A DNA stretch of 58,855 nt, from the IMG/VR virus record IMGVR_UViG_3300034111_001673, positions 1 to 58,855 of that record; one strand, written 5' to 3'. How positions within the stretch are numbered: the first letter of the stretch is position 1; every line of letters begins with the position of its first letter. Under the pieces are notes generated by a model, which worked only from the letters and a program-made list of their open reading frames with translations, had not been told where the DNA came from and did no database searches. Source of the stretch: a virus (lineage: Duplodnaviria; Caudoviricetes). The translations under genes were made by a program, and so were the position numbers. Below, piece by piece: positions 1-9,220 of this stretch.

Positions 1-127
1 ATCTATATCCCCAATTATCCTGATACCAGCTACTTTCGAGTAATGATCTATTCTTCTGTGCATGCTCAAGACTTAAGGAATTAACGCAGGAAACAGTTAA
101 AAACCGCTCACTAGGGTTATGTATCCA
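1..127. repeat. Terminal direct repeat (127 bp, identical to 58729..58855); circular-assembly overlap
   Basis: Exact match ATCTATATCCCC...TTATGTATCCA at both ends; the TerL frame is continuous across it. Confidence 0.95.
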
Positions 128-433
128 CACCCACGCAGGAAAAGCTACCGATATTAAATTGGTTTTACCGGTACGAGGAGGAACGTTAATAATCAGCTTC
201 TTTATTTGCCGCGCGTAAACCGCTTCTAAATGCTCAGCTATTGCCTTTATATGCCAGCTATCAACATAAGGCATATTACCTTCAATATAAGGCCATGCCG
301 CCTTAAAGAATTCATATAAAGATATTTCTGCCAAGGCTGGTTCTTTAAGAGCAGAGACTGTTTGCGCCCATTCTTTTAAAAAAGATTCATTAAGAAATTG
401 ATGTTTCTGGAAAGAGTTGTGATGCCGTGCCAT
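1..433 (-). CDS. terL: Terminase large subunit, N-terminal part (continues across the circular junction into 58728..57542; about 539 aa total)
   Basis: Manual translation from ATG at 433: MARHHNSFQ...WHIKAIAEHLEAV...IINVPPRTGKT (Walker A); in frame with IIIIDDP (Walker B) near 58600. Confidence 0.92.
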   Translation of the reverse strand, partial: MARHHNSFQKHQFLNESFLKEWAQTVSALKEPALAEISLYEFFKAAWPYIEGNMPYVDSWHIKAIAEHLEAVYARQIKKLIINVPPRTGKTNLISVAFPAWVWIHNPSERFLTVSCVNSLSLEHAQKNRSLLESSWYQDNWGYR

Positions 434-568
434 AAAATTAAGTTTCCTTTACTTAAAATAATTATAACACACCACTTTCTAATCTTGATTTTCTCGTGCT
501 TTTTTGATTTTGGTCTTGGGATTATTTATGTTATGTTTTTTTAATTTCAAAAATAAAGGAGTGAAATT

Positions 569-1846
569 ATGAAAATCAGAAAATATCTTTTATCAACGAT
601 AATACTTAGTTGCAGTACTGCCTTAGCAAGTGAAGCCCTACCTGTTGCATCAGGTTTAAACATTAAATTTGGAGCTTTTGCTGCTTTTGAAAGTGGATTT
701 GCTAAGCAAGAGAAATTAAAAGGTTCAGAGAAGAACATATCAGCTAATAAAAAAGGCATGGCTTTCTTCAATAACACTGCTTTTGTTGCTAATATTTCCA
801 ATACTTCTGACGATATTACTTATGGTGCTAAAATTGTACTTGCTCCAACAACAAAAAGAAAAGTAAACAATGATTATAATGGTTCTCATGTATTCTTAGA
901 ACATGAGTTTGGTAAAATTGAAGCAGGTTCACCTATTCCTGTTGCAAGAAACATGACTGTAAATGATGGAGCTATACCTGCAAACTACATAAAAACAGGT
1001 ATAGAGTATTTAAAACAAGGTAAAAAAGCAAATCCATCGTTCTTAACCTCGGAAGAAACTATAATCGGTGATTCAATAACTGCCGGTTTAGACTCAGCAA
1101 CTTATAGCAGCGAACCGCCAAGAACAATAAATTATTACACCCCTAAATTTGCTTTGAGCGAATCAAGTAAATTGCAATTTGGTATATCTTATACTCCTGA
1201 TTCGGCTAATACTGGTATAGATAAACCATCTACCAAATCAGATGGTATAACAAAATACGCAATAGAGGAGCAGGCTTTAGAGAGATTTGAGATTGATAAG
1301 TCAATTAAGGATGCGCTAACTGGCGGGATAGTATTTGAGCAAAAATTAACAGAAGAAGCGGAATTAAAACTAGCTCTAACTGGTGAACATGGTAAAGCCG
1401 CAAGTAAAATCAAGAAATTTGCCAATAAAGACGATAAAAACCCACTAGGGGAGTATAAATTAAGTAACTTAAAAGCTTATAATATCGGTGCTGAATTAAA
1501 AATAGGTGATTTTAAGTATAATGCCTGTTATGGCTCTTTCGGTAAAAGTTTGACTTCTAAAGAATTACATAAAGCCGGTAATAAATCTCAATACTATAAT
1601 GCAGGTATTGCCTATACTTATAATACTGCTACGACAACTTATGTAGGATATTTTGCTTCTGATAAGTTTAAAAATAAGGTAAATTCTGTTAAATTAGGTG
1701 TTAGCCACATACTTGCACCGGGACTAAAGCCTTATGCTGAAATCCATGCTTATACCCTTAAAGGTAAGCCTGAATTCTATTCAGAGCTAAAAGCAAAAAA
1801 GGTAAAAGGTACTGTAGCACTACTGGGTGTTAAGTTATCTCTTTAA
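569..1846 (+). CDS. Porin-like outer-membrane beta-barrel
   Basis: Signal peptide, FGKIEAG and INYYTPKF...GISYTP porin motifs, amphipathic terminal strand GVKLSL. Confidence 0.8.
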   Translation: MKIRKYLLSTIILSCSTALASEALPVASGLNIKFGAFAAFESGFAKQEKLKGSEKNISANKKGMAFFNNTAFVANISNTSDDITYGAKIVLAPTTKRKVNNDYNGSHVFLEHEFGKIEAGSPIPVARNMTVNDGAIPANYIKTGIEYLKQGKKANPSFLTSEETIIGDSITAGLDSATYSSEPPRTINYYTPKFALSESSKLQFGISYTPDSANTGIDKPSTKSDGITKYAIEEQALERFEIDKSIKDALTGGIVFEQKLTEEAELKLALTGEHGKAASKIKKFANKDDKNPLGEYKLSNLKAYNIGAELKIGDFKYNACYGSFGKSLTSKELHKAGNKSQYYNAGIAYTYNTATTTYVGYFASDKFKNKVNSVKLGVSHILAPGLKPYAEIHAYTLKGKPEFYSELKAKKVKGTVALLGVKLSL

Positions 1847-1865
1847 TTTAAAAAAAGGTTTTAAA

Positions 1866-2150
1866 ATGAACAAGCAAGAATTTATCGACCATATTGCAAG
1901 TCAACATGGATGTACCAAAAAAGAAGCTGAAAAGGCTATTGATGTATTTACTTCTTCGGTAATTGATGCCTTGGGAGAGGGAAAGGAAATATCCCTTGTT
2001 GGCTTTGGTAATTTTTCCGTAAGCAAGGTTGAAGCAAGAAATGGTATTAATCCAAAAAGTAGAGAAAGTATAAAAATAGCCGCTTATAACCAACCAAAGT
2101 TTAAGGTCGGTCAGAAACTTAAAGATGCTTGTAACAAAAAATCTCGTTGA
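1866..2150 (+). CDS. hup: HU/IHF family DNA-binding protein (start at MNKQEF)
   Basis: MNKQEFID...GFGNFSV...ARNGINPK...PKFKVGQKLKDA signature. Confidence 0.95.
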   Translation: MNKQEFIDHIASQHGCTKKEAEKAIDVFTSSVIDALGEGKEISLVGFGNFSVSKVEARNGINPKSRESIKIAAYNQPKFKVGQKLKDACNKKSR

Positions 2151-2219
2151 CCTAGAATATGATTTTATGTATGTTAGCTAACATGATTTTTTCATATTAA
2201 TCATTATTTTTCCTGTAGA

Positions 2220-2263
2220 CGTACCAGTTTTTTGTGAGTTTTTAAACTGGTACGACTTTTTTT
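2220..2263 (+). terminator. Probable intrinsic terminator between convergent genes
   Basis: CGTACCAGTTT/AAACTGGTACG stem followed by a T-run. Confidence 0.6.
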
Positions 2264-2275
2264 AAGTACGTGTTG

Positions 2276-3067
2276 TCAATTCTCCAATTCTTTTAATTGT
2301 TTAGCTAGGTTTTTACATTCATTAGTTACATATTCAATATCTCTATACACTTCTTCATGAAAAGATTTAACACCTGGTACTAAATCACCAGCATGCCCAC
2401 AATCAAAACCTACTACATAATCTGCCGTATAATTTTGTTGTTTAAATTCTCTTTTACCTGTATAGGTTACTCCACCATGTACTTCAATGTTATAAAAATT
2501 TTCTTCTGAGAAACTACCATACAATTTATGTTCTTTAGGTAATTCTACATATCCGCATAAGTGTTTCAATTCCGGACGCCGCTGTATAAAACATCTGTAT
2601 CCCGTATCCTCGTCAATAAATTCTAAAAAATCAGGTTCAGTTTCCCAAGGACGGGTCTTAGGATTAATATCATATTCATCTTCTAAAGTCTTCCACTCTT
2701 CTAAACTGCAAAATCTTTCTTTTAATGCTTCTTTCGCTGCTCCTAATCTGTGAGTTTTAGCCTCATAATCAACTAGCTGATCTCTCCACTGCATATACCA
2801 ATCGCCTATTTGGTAGCAAATATAATCCACTTGCTGCTTTGTAAACTTTCTCATTTTTTTTACTTCCTCTACTATTTCCCAATCCTCTGCTAAAATGTCA
2901 TCAATATCAAATTGATTAACTGGAGAAGAATAATCAGGTCTATAAGCTTTATCACACATATAAATATAACCTGATTTATTAAAATATTCTTTGGAACTTT
3001 TGAACTTAGATTTCCGCCTTACTTTCTTTTTTGCCATAACGGCTTTTATCGCTTCAATTATGTTCAT
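2276..3067 (-). CDS. Multidomain phage protein (N-terminal DUF2829/Tad2-like segment; C-terminal HGGxTY/GFDCxH phage domain)
   Basis: MNIIEAIKA...KKVRR...DDILAEDWEIV; CGYVELP..H...VHGGVTY...GFDCGH. Confidence 0.5.
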   Translation of the reverse strand: MNIIEAIKAVMAKKKVRRKSKFKSSKEYFNKSGYIYMCDKAYRPDYSSPVNQFDIDDILAEDWEIVEEVKKMRKFTKQQVDYICYQIGDWYMQWRDQLVDYEAKTHRLGAAKEALKERFCSLEEWKTLEDEYDINPKTRPWETEPDFLEFIDEDTGYRCFIQRRPELKHLCGYVELPKEHKLYGSFSEENFYNIEVHGGVTYTGKREFKQQNYTADYVVGFDCGHAGDLVPGVKSFHEEVYRDIEYVTNECKNLAKQLKELEN

Positions 3068-3210
3068 TTTCTTGTCCCATAATATTTTGTTACTAATAAC
3101 CTTAGATAATTTATTTTTACTTCTGTTTCGTTACTATTCCAATTATCCATAATATAATCTACTATCTCGTTTTCTAATTCTTTTTCTTTTGCGTTGTTCA
3201 TTTTGTTACC

Positions 3211-3543
3211 TCATTTTAAAAATAACTGCACTTTGATTGCACGTTCTACTTCTCGCATATCCTTACTAGAAATTTGACCAATTCTTTTTCCTAGTCTTTC
3301 TTTACTAACAGTCATAATTTGATCAGCCATAGCTTTACTCTTTGTATCACCTATCAAGACATACGCCTCACAAGGATAACATTTCGTAATATTACTAGTC
3401 AGAGGAATAACCTGCACTCTATTGTACATATTATTAAAAAAATCATTGCTTATAATTATTGCAGGTCTAGTTTTTTGTATTTCTCCAGCTATAGAAAAAT
3501 CAAAATCTACCCACCAGATTTCATTTCTCTTCATAGATATCAC
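3211..3543 (-). CDS. mazF: MazF/PemK family toxin
   Basis: EIWWVDF...GEIQKTRPAIIISND...VIPLTS...ADQIMTVSKERL. Confidence 0.9.
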   Translation of the reverse strand: MISMKRNEIWWVDFDFSIAGEIQKTRPAIIISNDFFNNMYNRVQVIPLTSNITKCYPCEAYVLIGDTKSKAMADQIMTVSKERLGKRIGQISSKDMREVERAIKVQLFLK

Positions 3544-3748
3544 CTATACATCCTTCTATCCATTCATAAGCTTCTTTTTCTCTTTCCTCATCTTTAGCCA
3601 TTTCTCTGTAAGCTAATTCTAAACCTTCATCATCTACATAAGATTTTACTAATTTTTCTATTAATTTACTGATTTTTCCTCTTCCTATTATTGAATGTAA
3701 TTCATGATATACATTCTCATTTAAAGTAATTGTTAATTTTTTTTGCAT
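3521..3748 (-). CDS. Cognate antitoxin (RHH-like)
   Basis: Small ORF overlapping the toxin start; N-terminal KKLTITL strand and acidic C-terminus. Confidence 0.8.
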   Translation of the reverse strand: MQKKLTITLNENVYHELHSIIGRGKISKLIEKLVKSYVDDEGLELAYREMAKDEEREKEAYEWIEGCIGDIYEEK

Positions 3749-3907
3749 AATAACCTCCTTAATACGTGTAATTATACATATTACTTCATAAAAGTCAAGT
3801 GCGCTTTTCTCAAAAACGTACGATTTCCTCTGCGTTTTCCTTGTATTTCGGGCATAAAAAAAAGACAGAGTATTAACCTACCATTTTTATTGCTTCTATA
3901 AAGTCCA

Positions 3908-4105
3908 TTATTTACCCATATATGCTCGTAAAGACTTATGCACCAGTTCGCTAAGAGTGATATCATTCTCTAGTGCATAACGCTTTATTTCCTTGTGAAA
4001 GTTCTTATCAACCTTAACCACTAAATTAGCGTTTTTATTATCTTCTAATTGTTTAAGTGCTTTCTCTTTATTTATTGATGGACGACCGGTTTTCAGTGAA
4101 CTCAT
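3908..4105 (-). CDS. ParG-like ribbon-helix-helix partition protein
   Basis: 65 aa, overlaps the parA stop; LVVKVDKNFHKEIKRYALENDITLSELV. Confidence 0.8.
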   Translation of the reverse strand: MSSLKTGRPSINKEKALKQLEDNKNANLVVKVDKNFHKEIKRYALENDITLSELVHKSLRAYMGK

Positions 4106-4725
4106 AATATCTCTTTAATCTCATTTACTATATTTGTAATCTCATGTATCGCATCATTGTTAGTAGTGTCAAAAACAGATTGTCCCTCTGCTGCTGACTT
4201 GGCATACGCAATTCTTTGGGATGTATAGCTTTTCATTATCGGCAGGGAATATCCCTTTAAAGCTTCGGTTACCTCACTACTTAAAGAAGTTGTTGATATT
4301 CTTCTACTAATGCAGAAATAAGCTTTTGGATTTCCATCAGTAATTTGTTGTCTATGTTTTATCACGTCTACCAGCTCTTCAGACGCCCATATATCGTATG
4401 GTGATGGTTGGACAGGTATAATGATTAAATCAGAACATTTTATAGCAGAAACCGCCATATTGGTTAATTGAGGTGCACCGTCAATGATAACCCAATCAAA
4501 ATCATTAGCTATCTTCTTTACGTCCCTTTCAAGAGTTGGTCTGTCCATTCCTATAACAGCTATTTCACTATTACCTACTGCATGCCAATCTCTAGCAGAG
4601 CCTTGAGGGTCTGAATCAACAAGTAATACTTTTGAACCATTTAAGTGAAGTTTACTTGCTATATTCGTTGCAAGCGTAGTTTTACCCACACCGCCTTTTT
4701 GATTTAGTATGGAAACTATTTTCAT
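4102..4725 (-). CDS. parA: ParA/ParF Walker-type partition ATPase (type Ib)
   Basis: NQKGGVGKTT, DSDPQGS, IIDGAP motifs; short form without an N-terminal HTH. Confidence 0.95.
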   Translation of the reverse strand: MKIVSILNQKGGVGKTTLATNIASKLHLNGSKVLLVDSDPQGSARDWHAVGNSEIAVIGMDRPTLERDVKKIANDFDWVIIDGAPQLTNMAVSAIKCSDLIIIPVQPSPYDIWASEELVDVIKHRQQITDGNPKAYFCISRRISTTSLSSEVTEALKGYSLPIMKSYTSQRIAYAKSAAEGQSVFDTTNNDAIHEITNIVNEIKEIL

Positions 4726-4861
4726 ATATATCTTTATAACTTTAGATAAAGATAAGTTTAGCGAATTATTTAAATATGTAAAGTTATTTTTATATAACTA
4801 AATAAAGATATATATTTTAAATATAGTATATATATTATGTAATATTAATATAAAGAAATAA

Positions 4862-5884
4862 TTATTGACTATAATGACCTACAACTGCTTCCCCTAAAAA
4901 CTCAGGAATTAAAGGAACTACTGCATTACCCAGCGATTGCAAACGCTGCATACGACTTCCTCCGTCCGTCCAGCTAATAGGATAGCCCATAAGCCATTCT
5001 ACCCAATCAGGATTCAACCTCTCATCTTTTAATCTTGGTACTTCTGAAGGCTCTTTTCCCCATTGCTTAATTCCTCTGCTGCAATAGTACATGCCAATCT
5101 GCTCTTGTGCACATATTTGGCTAGTTTCCTTAAATCCCCTACATCCTTGTAATCCCTGCTGGTCGGTGTCGGGAAGAATCTTACATATCTGGCTAGCCCC
5201 AGACTTCCTGATATTCCATTCCTGTTGTGTTTCCGAATGCTGCCAGTTTTTGTTACCAGGTAAACATCGTCTTTGCTTATTATATTCCCTATGCTCGCAT
5301 CGCTTGCAGTCGGGGTCGGGAGCATTCTTATAACTGTCTCCAAGTGAGGACTCTGTCTTCTCCTTTCCGACGGACAATCCGACTTTGCCGATGCAAGCGG
5401 GGTGGGCAATAATCCATATTCTATCCCGTCTGTGAGGTGCACCAAAGGCGGAAGCCGGTATGCAATGCCACTCCGCATCATACCCGATCTCCCATAAATC
5501 TTGCAGGACGGCGATAAGTCCTTGACTTCGCAGGTTTGCCACGTTTTCGATAATTGCATATTTTGGTCTGATTTCATTTATTAACCTCTTATATTCTTGC
5601 CATAATCCCGAGCGTTTAGCCGTTATTCCTTTTCGCTTACCTGCTACCGATATATCCTGGCAAGGAAATCCTCCTGCAATTACGTCTATTCTTGGCAGAG
5701 CTTTTAAGTCTTCCTTATGTATAGTGGTAATATCAGAAAATATAGGTACGGATGGCCAATGTTTTTTTAATATTTTTTGGCAGAATGGGTTAATCTCACA
5801 AAATACGACTGTTTTCATCCCTACAGCTTCCAATCCTATTGAAAAGCCACCTATGCCTGAGAAAATATCTAGAACATTTAACAC
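4862..5884 (-). CDS. DNA (cytosine-5) methyltransferase
   Basis: FSGIGG (I), GGFPCQD (IV), ENV (VI), HRRDR (VIII), LMGYP (IX), LGNAVVP (X). Confidence 0.93.
   Translation of the reverse strand: MLNVLDIFSGIGGFSIGLEAVGMKTVVFCEINPFCQKILKKHWPSVPIFSDITTIHKEDLKALPRIDVIAGGFPCQDISVAGKRKGITAKRSGLWQEYKRLINEIRPKYAIIENVANLRSQGLIAVLQDLWEIGYDAEWHCIPASAFGAPHRRDRIWIIAHPACIGKVGLSVGKEKTESSLGDSYKNAPDPDCKRCEHREYNKQRRCLPGNKNWQHSETQQEWNIRKSGASQICKILPDTDQQGLQGCRGFKETSQICAQEQIGMYYCSRGIKQWGKEPSEVPRLKDERLNPDWVEWLMGYPISWTDGGSRMQRLQSLGNAVVPLIPEFLGEAVVGHYSQ
5029..5577 (-). CDS. Nested alternative-frame ORF, beta-subunit-like partner of the C5 methyltransferase
   Basis: Same strand, shifted frame, 182 aa, RSGMMRSG and three PTP repeats (LLPTPLAS, MLPTPTAS, FFPTPTSR). 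Confidence 0.6.
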   Translation of the reverse strand: MKSDQNMQLSKTWQTCEVKDLSPSCKIYGRSGMMRSGIAYRLPPLVHLTDGIEYGLLPTPLASAKSDCPSERRRQSPHLETVIRMLPTPTASDASIGNIISKDDVYLVTKTGSIRKHNRNGISGSLGLARYVRFFPTPTSRDYKDVGDLRKLAKYVHKSRLACTIAAEELSNGEKSLQKYQD

Positions 5885-5956
5885 TTTATCTTACTACTTT
5901 ATGCTCATTCCTTAGCTAAAGTAATTATACCATAGGCTTTAGCTATCCTGATTTTC

Positions 5957-6169
5957 TCATGACTTTTTACAGATATCGTGATGATAAACTTCAGGCTCTC
6001 TAGGACGCAACTTTTCTCTTTCCTTACGAGCTTTGACTAGCTCCTTGTACCGAGCAAATGCCGCTCGTTGATCTTGTTTAATTGCACTTAGTATATCTTT
6101 CTCTTCTTCTGCTAAAGGTTTTCTATATGCCTTTCTACCTACACCATTAATATATCTTCCTGTCGACAT
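5957..6169 (-). CDS. Hypothetical basic protein
   Basis: ORF packed directly after the TerS candidate. Confidence 0.5.
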   Translation of the reverse strand: MSTGRYINGVGRKAYRKPLAEEEKDILSAIKQDQRAAFARYKELVKARKEREKLRPREPEVYHHDICKKS

Positions 6170-6171
6170 GA

Positions 6172-6747
6172 TTATTTTTTAATATTTTTAGTTAAAATAT
6201 CTATATTCTTTAGTACCTGTTCCAGTTCTTTTGCAAATGCTCTTGTTTCTTCTATTTTCATTTCTTTTGATACCGCTTTATCTTCTTGAGTGCGGCTTTC
6301 TATATTCAGTTTAGCTAAGGCTAAACTAGTAAGCTGTTGTGCTTGAGGAACGTTTATTTCACCTTCTTCAAGAGCAGTTAAAGTGCTGTTTATTATTTCC
6401 ATGGCAGATTTATTACCAAATGATAAGTGCAACTCATTATTGTCATTATTGCTTTCCGTACCAAAGCCGGTATTGCGTAAATAAAACTGAATTGCACTTA
6501 AATTAATGGTACTCAACTCATCATTTTTGATAAACCTCCAAAGCCTTGAGAGAACATACTCCTTACCCTTAAAGCGACCCCTCCTCCAGGAGGCCATTAA
6601 AAGGCTATCTTCTTTAAGCTTTCTTTTAAAGCTGGTAGGAGATATCTTTAAGAAATGTGCAATCTCTCTCTGTGTATGACCGTGCGCCGCCAAGGATTCA
6701 ACCTGCGCGGACTCCTCCGGCGTAATATCTCTTTTCTGTTTACTCAT
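6172..6747 (-). CDS. Probable terminase small subunit (N-terminal HTH)
   Basis: VESLAAHGHTQREIAHFLKIS HTH, AIQFYLRN; lies after a ParB-MTase as in many phages. Confidence 0.55.
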   Translation of the reverse strand: MSKQKRDITPEESAQVESLAAHGHTQREIAHFLKISPTSFKRKLKEDSLLMASWRRGRFKGKEYVLSRLWRFIKNDELSTINLSAIQFYLRNTGFGTESNNDNNELHLSFGNKSAMEIINSTLTALEEGEINVPQAQQLTSLALAKLNIESRTQEDKAVSKEMKIEETRAFAKELEQVLKNIDILTKNIKK

Positions 6748-7981
6748 TCAACAATACAGCTTTTTTATTAGTTTCCTTTTCCCACCTCTTTATTATAACA
6801 TCAACATAAATAGGGGATAATTCCATCATGTAACAGTTACGCTTTGACCTCTCGCAGGCAATTAACGTAGTACCGCTACCGCCAAACGGATCGTAGACAC
6901 TTTCACCTTGCGTAGAGTTATTAAGTATTGGCCGAAGCATACACTCAATAGGTTTTTGTGTGCCGTGTCCCCACGTTTCTTCTATATTATGAGAACTATT
7001 ACCAAATGGATTATTATTCGTAATTTCCCATACGGTAGATTGATCACGTTTGCCCTGCCAGTTATGCTTCTTCCCTTTCCGTACTCCGTACCATAAAGGC
7101 TCATGCTGATGATGATAATCACCACGACTTAATGCAAACTGCTGCTTTGTCCAAATAATCAGACAAATCAATTCAAAACCGCTACTTTCTATATTTTCAG
7201 CAAATTTATGAGTATACTTTGAGCTATGCCAGACATAAGCCACATCACCGGTAAATAACGCATAAGCATCAGACCAGTCATACCTATCATCATTTAGTAC
7301 CTTACCTTTAGAACGCTCCCCGACTCCTAAATCGCATCCTTCGCGCCAGCCTGGATCATACTCCACACCGTACAGCGGATCGGTTACCATTAAAATCGGA
7401 TTTGCCCCAGCCATTAGTTTTTCAACATGCTGCGGATTAGTACTATTCCCACACATTAAACGATGAGACCCAAGCAGGTAAATATCACCAAGCCTAGCAG
7501 TAGCTTCTCCCTCCAGTTCTATTTCCTCTTCTTCCCCTATTTCTTCTAATATGGTTTTATCAAATACAGGCGCGAGCATTTCCTCATCCATACCAAAAGA
7601 TAATAGCTCCTCCATATCAAACCGCTCCGTTAGTACATCAAAGTCATATTCACCGAATGCTAGGTTATCTCTGATATTCAACCTGTCTATTTCCTCCGGT
7701 GTTAGTTTTCTACTCGGCATTAACACCTCAATTTCAGTCTCATCATCATAACCTGCCATGTGTAAAGCTTTTTTACGCTGGTGGCCGCCGATAATGGTGT
7801 AATCGTTATCTACTATTATTCTCTGATGATACCCGTCCTCCTTTATATGAGCAGCTAGTTTATCCAGCATTTCCTTGGTTATCTTTCTTGGATTATGGGT
7901 ATATTCTTTTAAGCAGGCCAGTTTAATATTAGTAGCCTGCCATGTTATAGTTTCATGATTAGTTTGATGATTCATTTTCAT
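6740..7981 (-). CDS. ParB-domain plus N4/N6 DNA methyltransferase (catalytic motif DPLY instead of DPPY)
   Basis: HNPRKI...GHQR ParB domain; HGTQKP, DPFGGSGTT SAM-binding motif. Confidence 0.88.
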   Translation of the reverse strand: MKMNHQTNHETITWQATNIKLACLKEYTHNPRKITKEMLDKLAAHIKEDGYHQRIIVDNDYTIIGGHQRKKALHMAGYDDETEIEVLMPSRKLTPEEIDRLNIRDNLAFGEYDFDVLTERFDMEELLSFGMDEEMLAPVFDKTILEEIGEEEEIELEGEATARLGDIYLLGSHRLMCGNSTNPQHVEKLMAGANPILMVTDPLYGVEYDPGWREGCDLGVGERSKGKVLNDDRYDWSDAYALFTGDVAYVWHSSKYTHKFAENIESSGFELICLIIWTKQQFALSRGDYHHQHEPLWYGVRKGKKHNWQGKRDQSTVWEITNNNPFGNSSHNIEETWGHGTQKPIECMLRPILNNSTQGESVYDPFGGSGTTLIACERSKRNCYMMELSPIYVDVIIKRWEKETNKKAVLLNE

Positions 7982-8261
7982 ACTCCTTAATTAACCTACT
8001 CATAAACCCTTCTGGACAATCAGTAATGACTTGTTGTATTGCTACTTGGCTAAGAGTATCTAAAACCTTAAGAGTTGCTTTGTTATTGTTTTCCAACAAT
8101 CGAGACAATACTTCTAAAAATATACCATCATTACTTCTTTCATTGATTAACCACAAAAGGTCATTTTTAAACTCATTATTAATATGGGATTGTAAATAAT
8201 GCTCTATAACAATTTCTTCACATTTGGCTTTAGCCATAGTACCTCTCATATAGTTTAGCAA
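7959..8261 (-). CDS. Hypothetical protein
   Basis: ORF in a tightly packed operon. Confidence 0.5.
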   Translation of the reverse strand: MLNYMRGTMAKAKCEEIVIEHYLQSHINNEFKNDLLWLINERSNDGIFLEVLSRLLENNNKATLKVLDTLSQVAIQQVITDCPEGFMSRLIKEYENESSN

Positions 8262-9189
8262 TTTTTTTATCTTTTGGAGCTTCTAGCCTAATTATGTGTT
8301 TACCTTGATTCACAGTTAATTCTAAATCCTCAACCGACTCAGATAATGCCGTTAAGTTTCGTGTTACTAGTTTCTTGTGTTTGTCTATATTAGATACACA
8401 AGCTAAGAAATTCTCTTTTTGCCCAAGGTAGCTATTTAAAAGTGCATGACGGATTCCCGTTAAATCTTTACTCGTATTAAGGTCTTCTAATTCATTATAA
8501 ATACCGCTAACGTATTTCTGAATAACAGCTACTCCGCTACCTTTTATTTTCAAATGAACTATCCGCTTATCTTCTTCCGATTGCTTTGCTTGTTTAATTT
8601 CGGTATAGACCTTGTTAATACTAGACTTACCTTCTGCAACTTTGGCTTTTTGTTCTTCTGTTCCTTTGCGTTGGATAGCATCGTACTGGAATGCTGTAGT
8701 ATGGCTTACTCCTGCTTTCTGGGCAATAATGTCTAGAGTCTTGCTATTTTCTGTCTCACTCCGTGGGGTTAGCGCTAACCTATCGGTAGACTGGCTTAGT
8801 TCTGCACTTTCTTCTTGCTTGGAAAATTGTTTTAAAGCGGATAATTGCCTCTCTCTTGCCTTCTGTGCTTCAAACTCCTTGAGCTTATAGGCAAGAGCAA
8901 CCCTGATTTCCGTAGGCAAATTCCTTCTACTAAACTGGTTATTAATCATCCAGAGCTTTACGTCCAGCTCGGTTTCCAGCTCTGTCTTTTCTATTATGTT
9001 AAAGCTTATGTTGTGCTTAATACAGATAGCATACCTATGGTGTCCGTCTATTATAGTATTATTCCATATTATTAATGGATTGAGACAACCATCATTAAGC
9101 AAACTCTGCTCTAATCTATCTAACTCATCACTGGATAACGGAGGAATAAGTTTTGCAAATTCTTCGTTAATAATAAAATCTGTATTCAT
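8230..9189 (-). CDS. ParB N-terminal domain protein
   Basis: LIPPLSSDEL...IIDGHHRYAIC...NQFSRRNL, followed by an HTH. Confidence 0.75.
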   Translation of the reverse strand: MNTDFIINEEFAKLIPPLSSDELDRLEQSLLNDGCLNPLIIWNNTIIDGHHRYAICIKHNISFNIIEKTELETELDVKLWMINNQFSRRNLPTEIRVALAYKLKEFEAQKARERQLSALKQFSKQEESAELSQSTDRLALTPRSETENSKTLDIIAQKAGVSHTTAFQYDAIQRKGTEEQKAKVAEGKSSINKVYTEIKQAKQSEEDKRIVHLKIKGSGVAVIQKYVSGIYNELEDLNTSKDLTGIRHALLNSYLGQKENFLACVSNIDKHKKLVTRNLTALSESVEDLELTVNQGKHIIRLEAPKDKKIAKLYERYYG

Positions 9190-9220
9190 CGTACTTGCCC
9201 TTCTTCTCTTGCTATTTCTA

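Noticed and set aside
1-127. Biological terminal repeats of a linear virion genome
   Set aside because: The 127-bp length equals a common assembler k-mer overlap and it falls in the middle of TerL, so a circular-contig artefact is more likely
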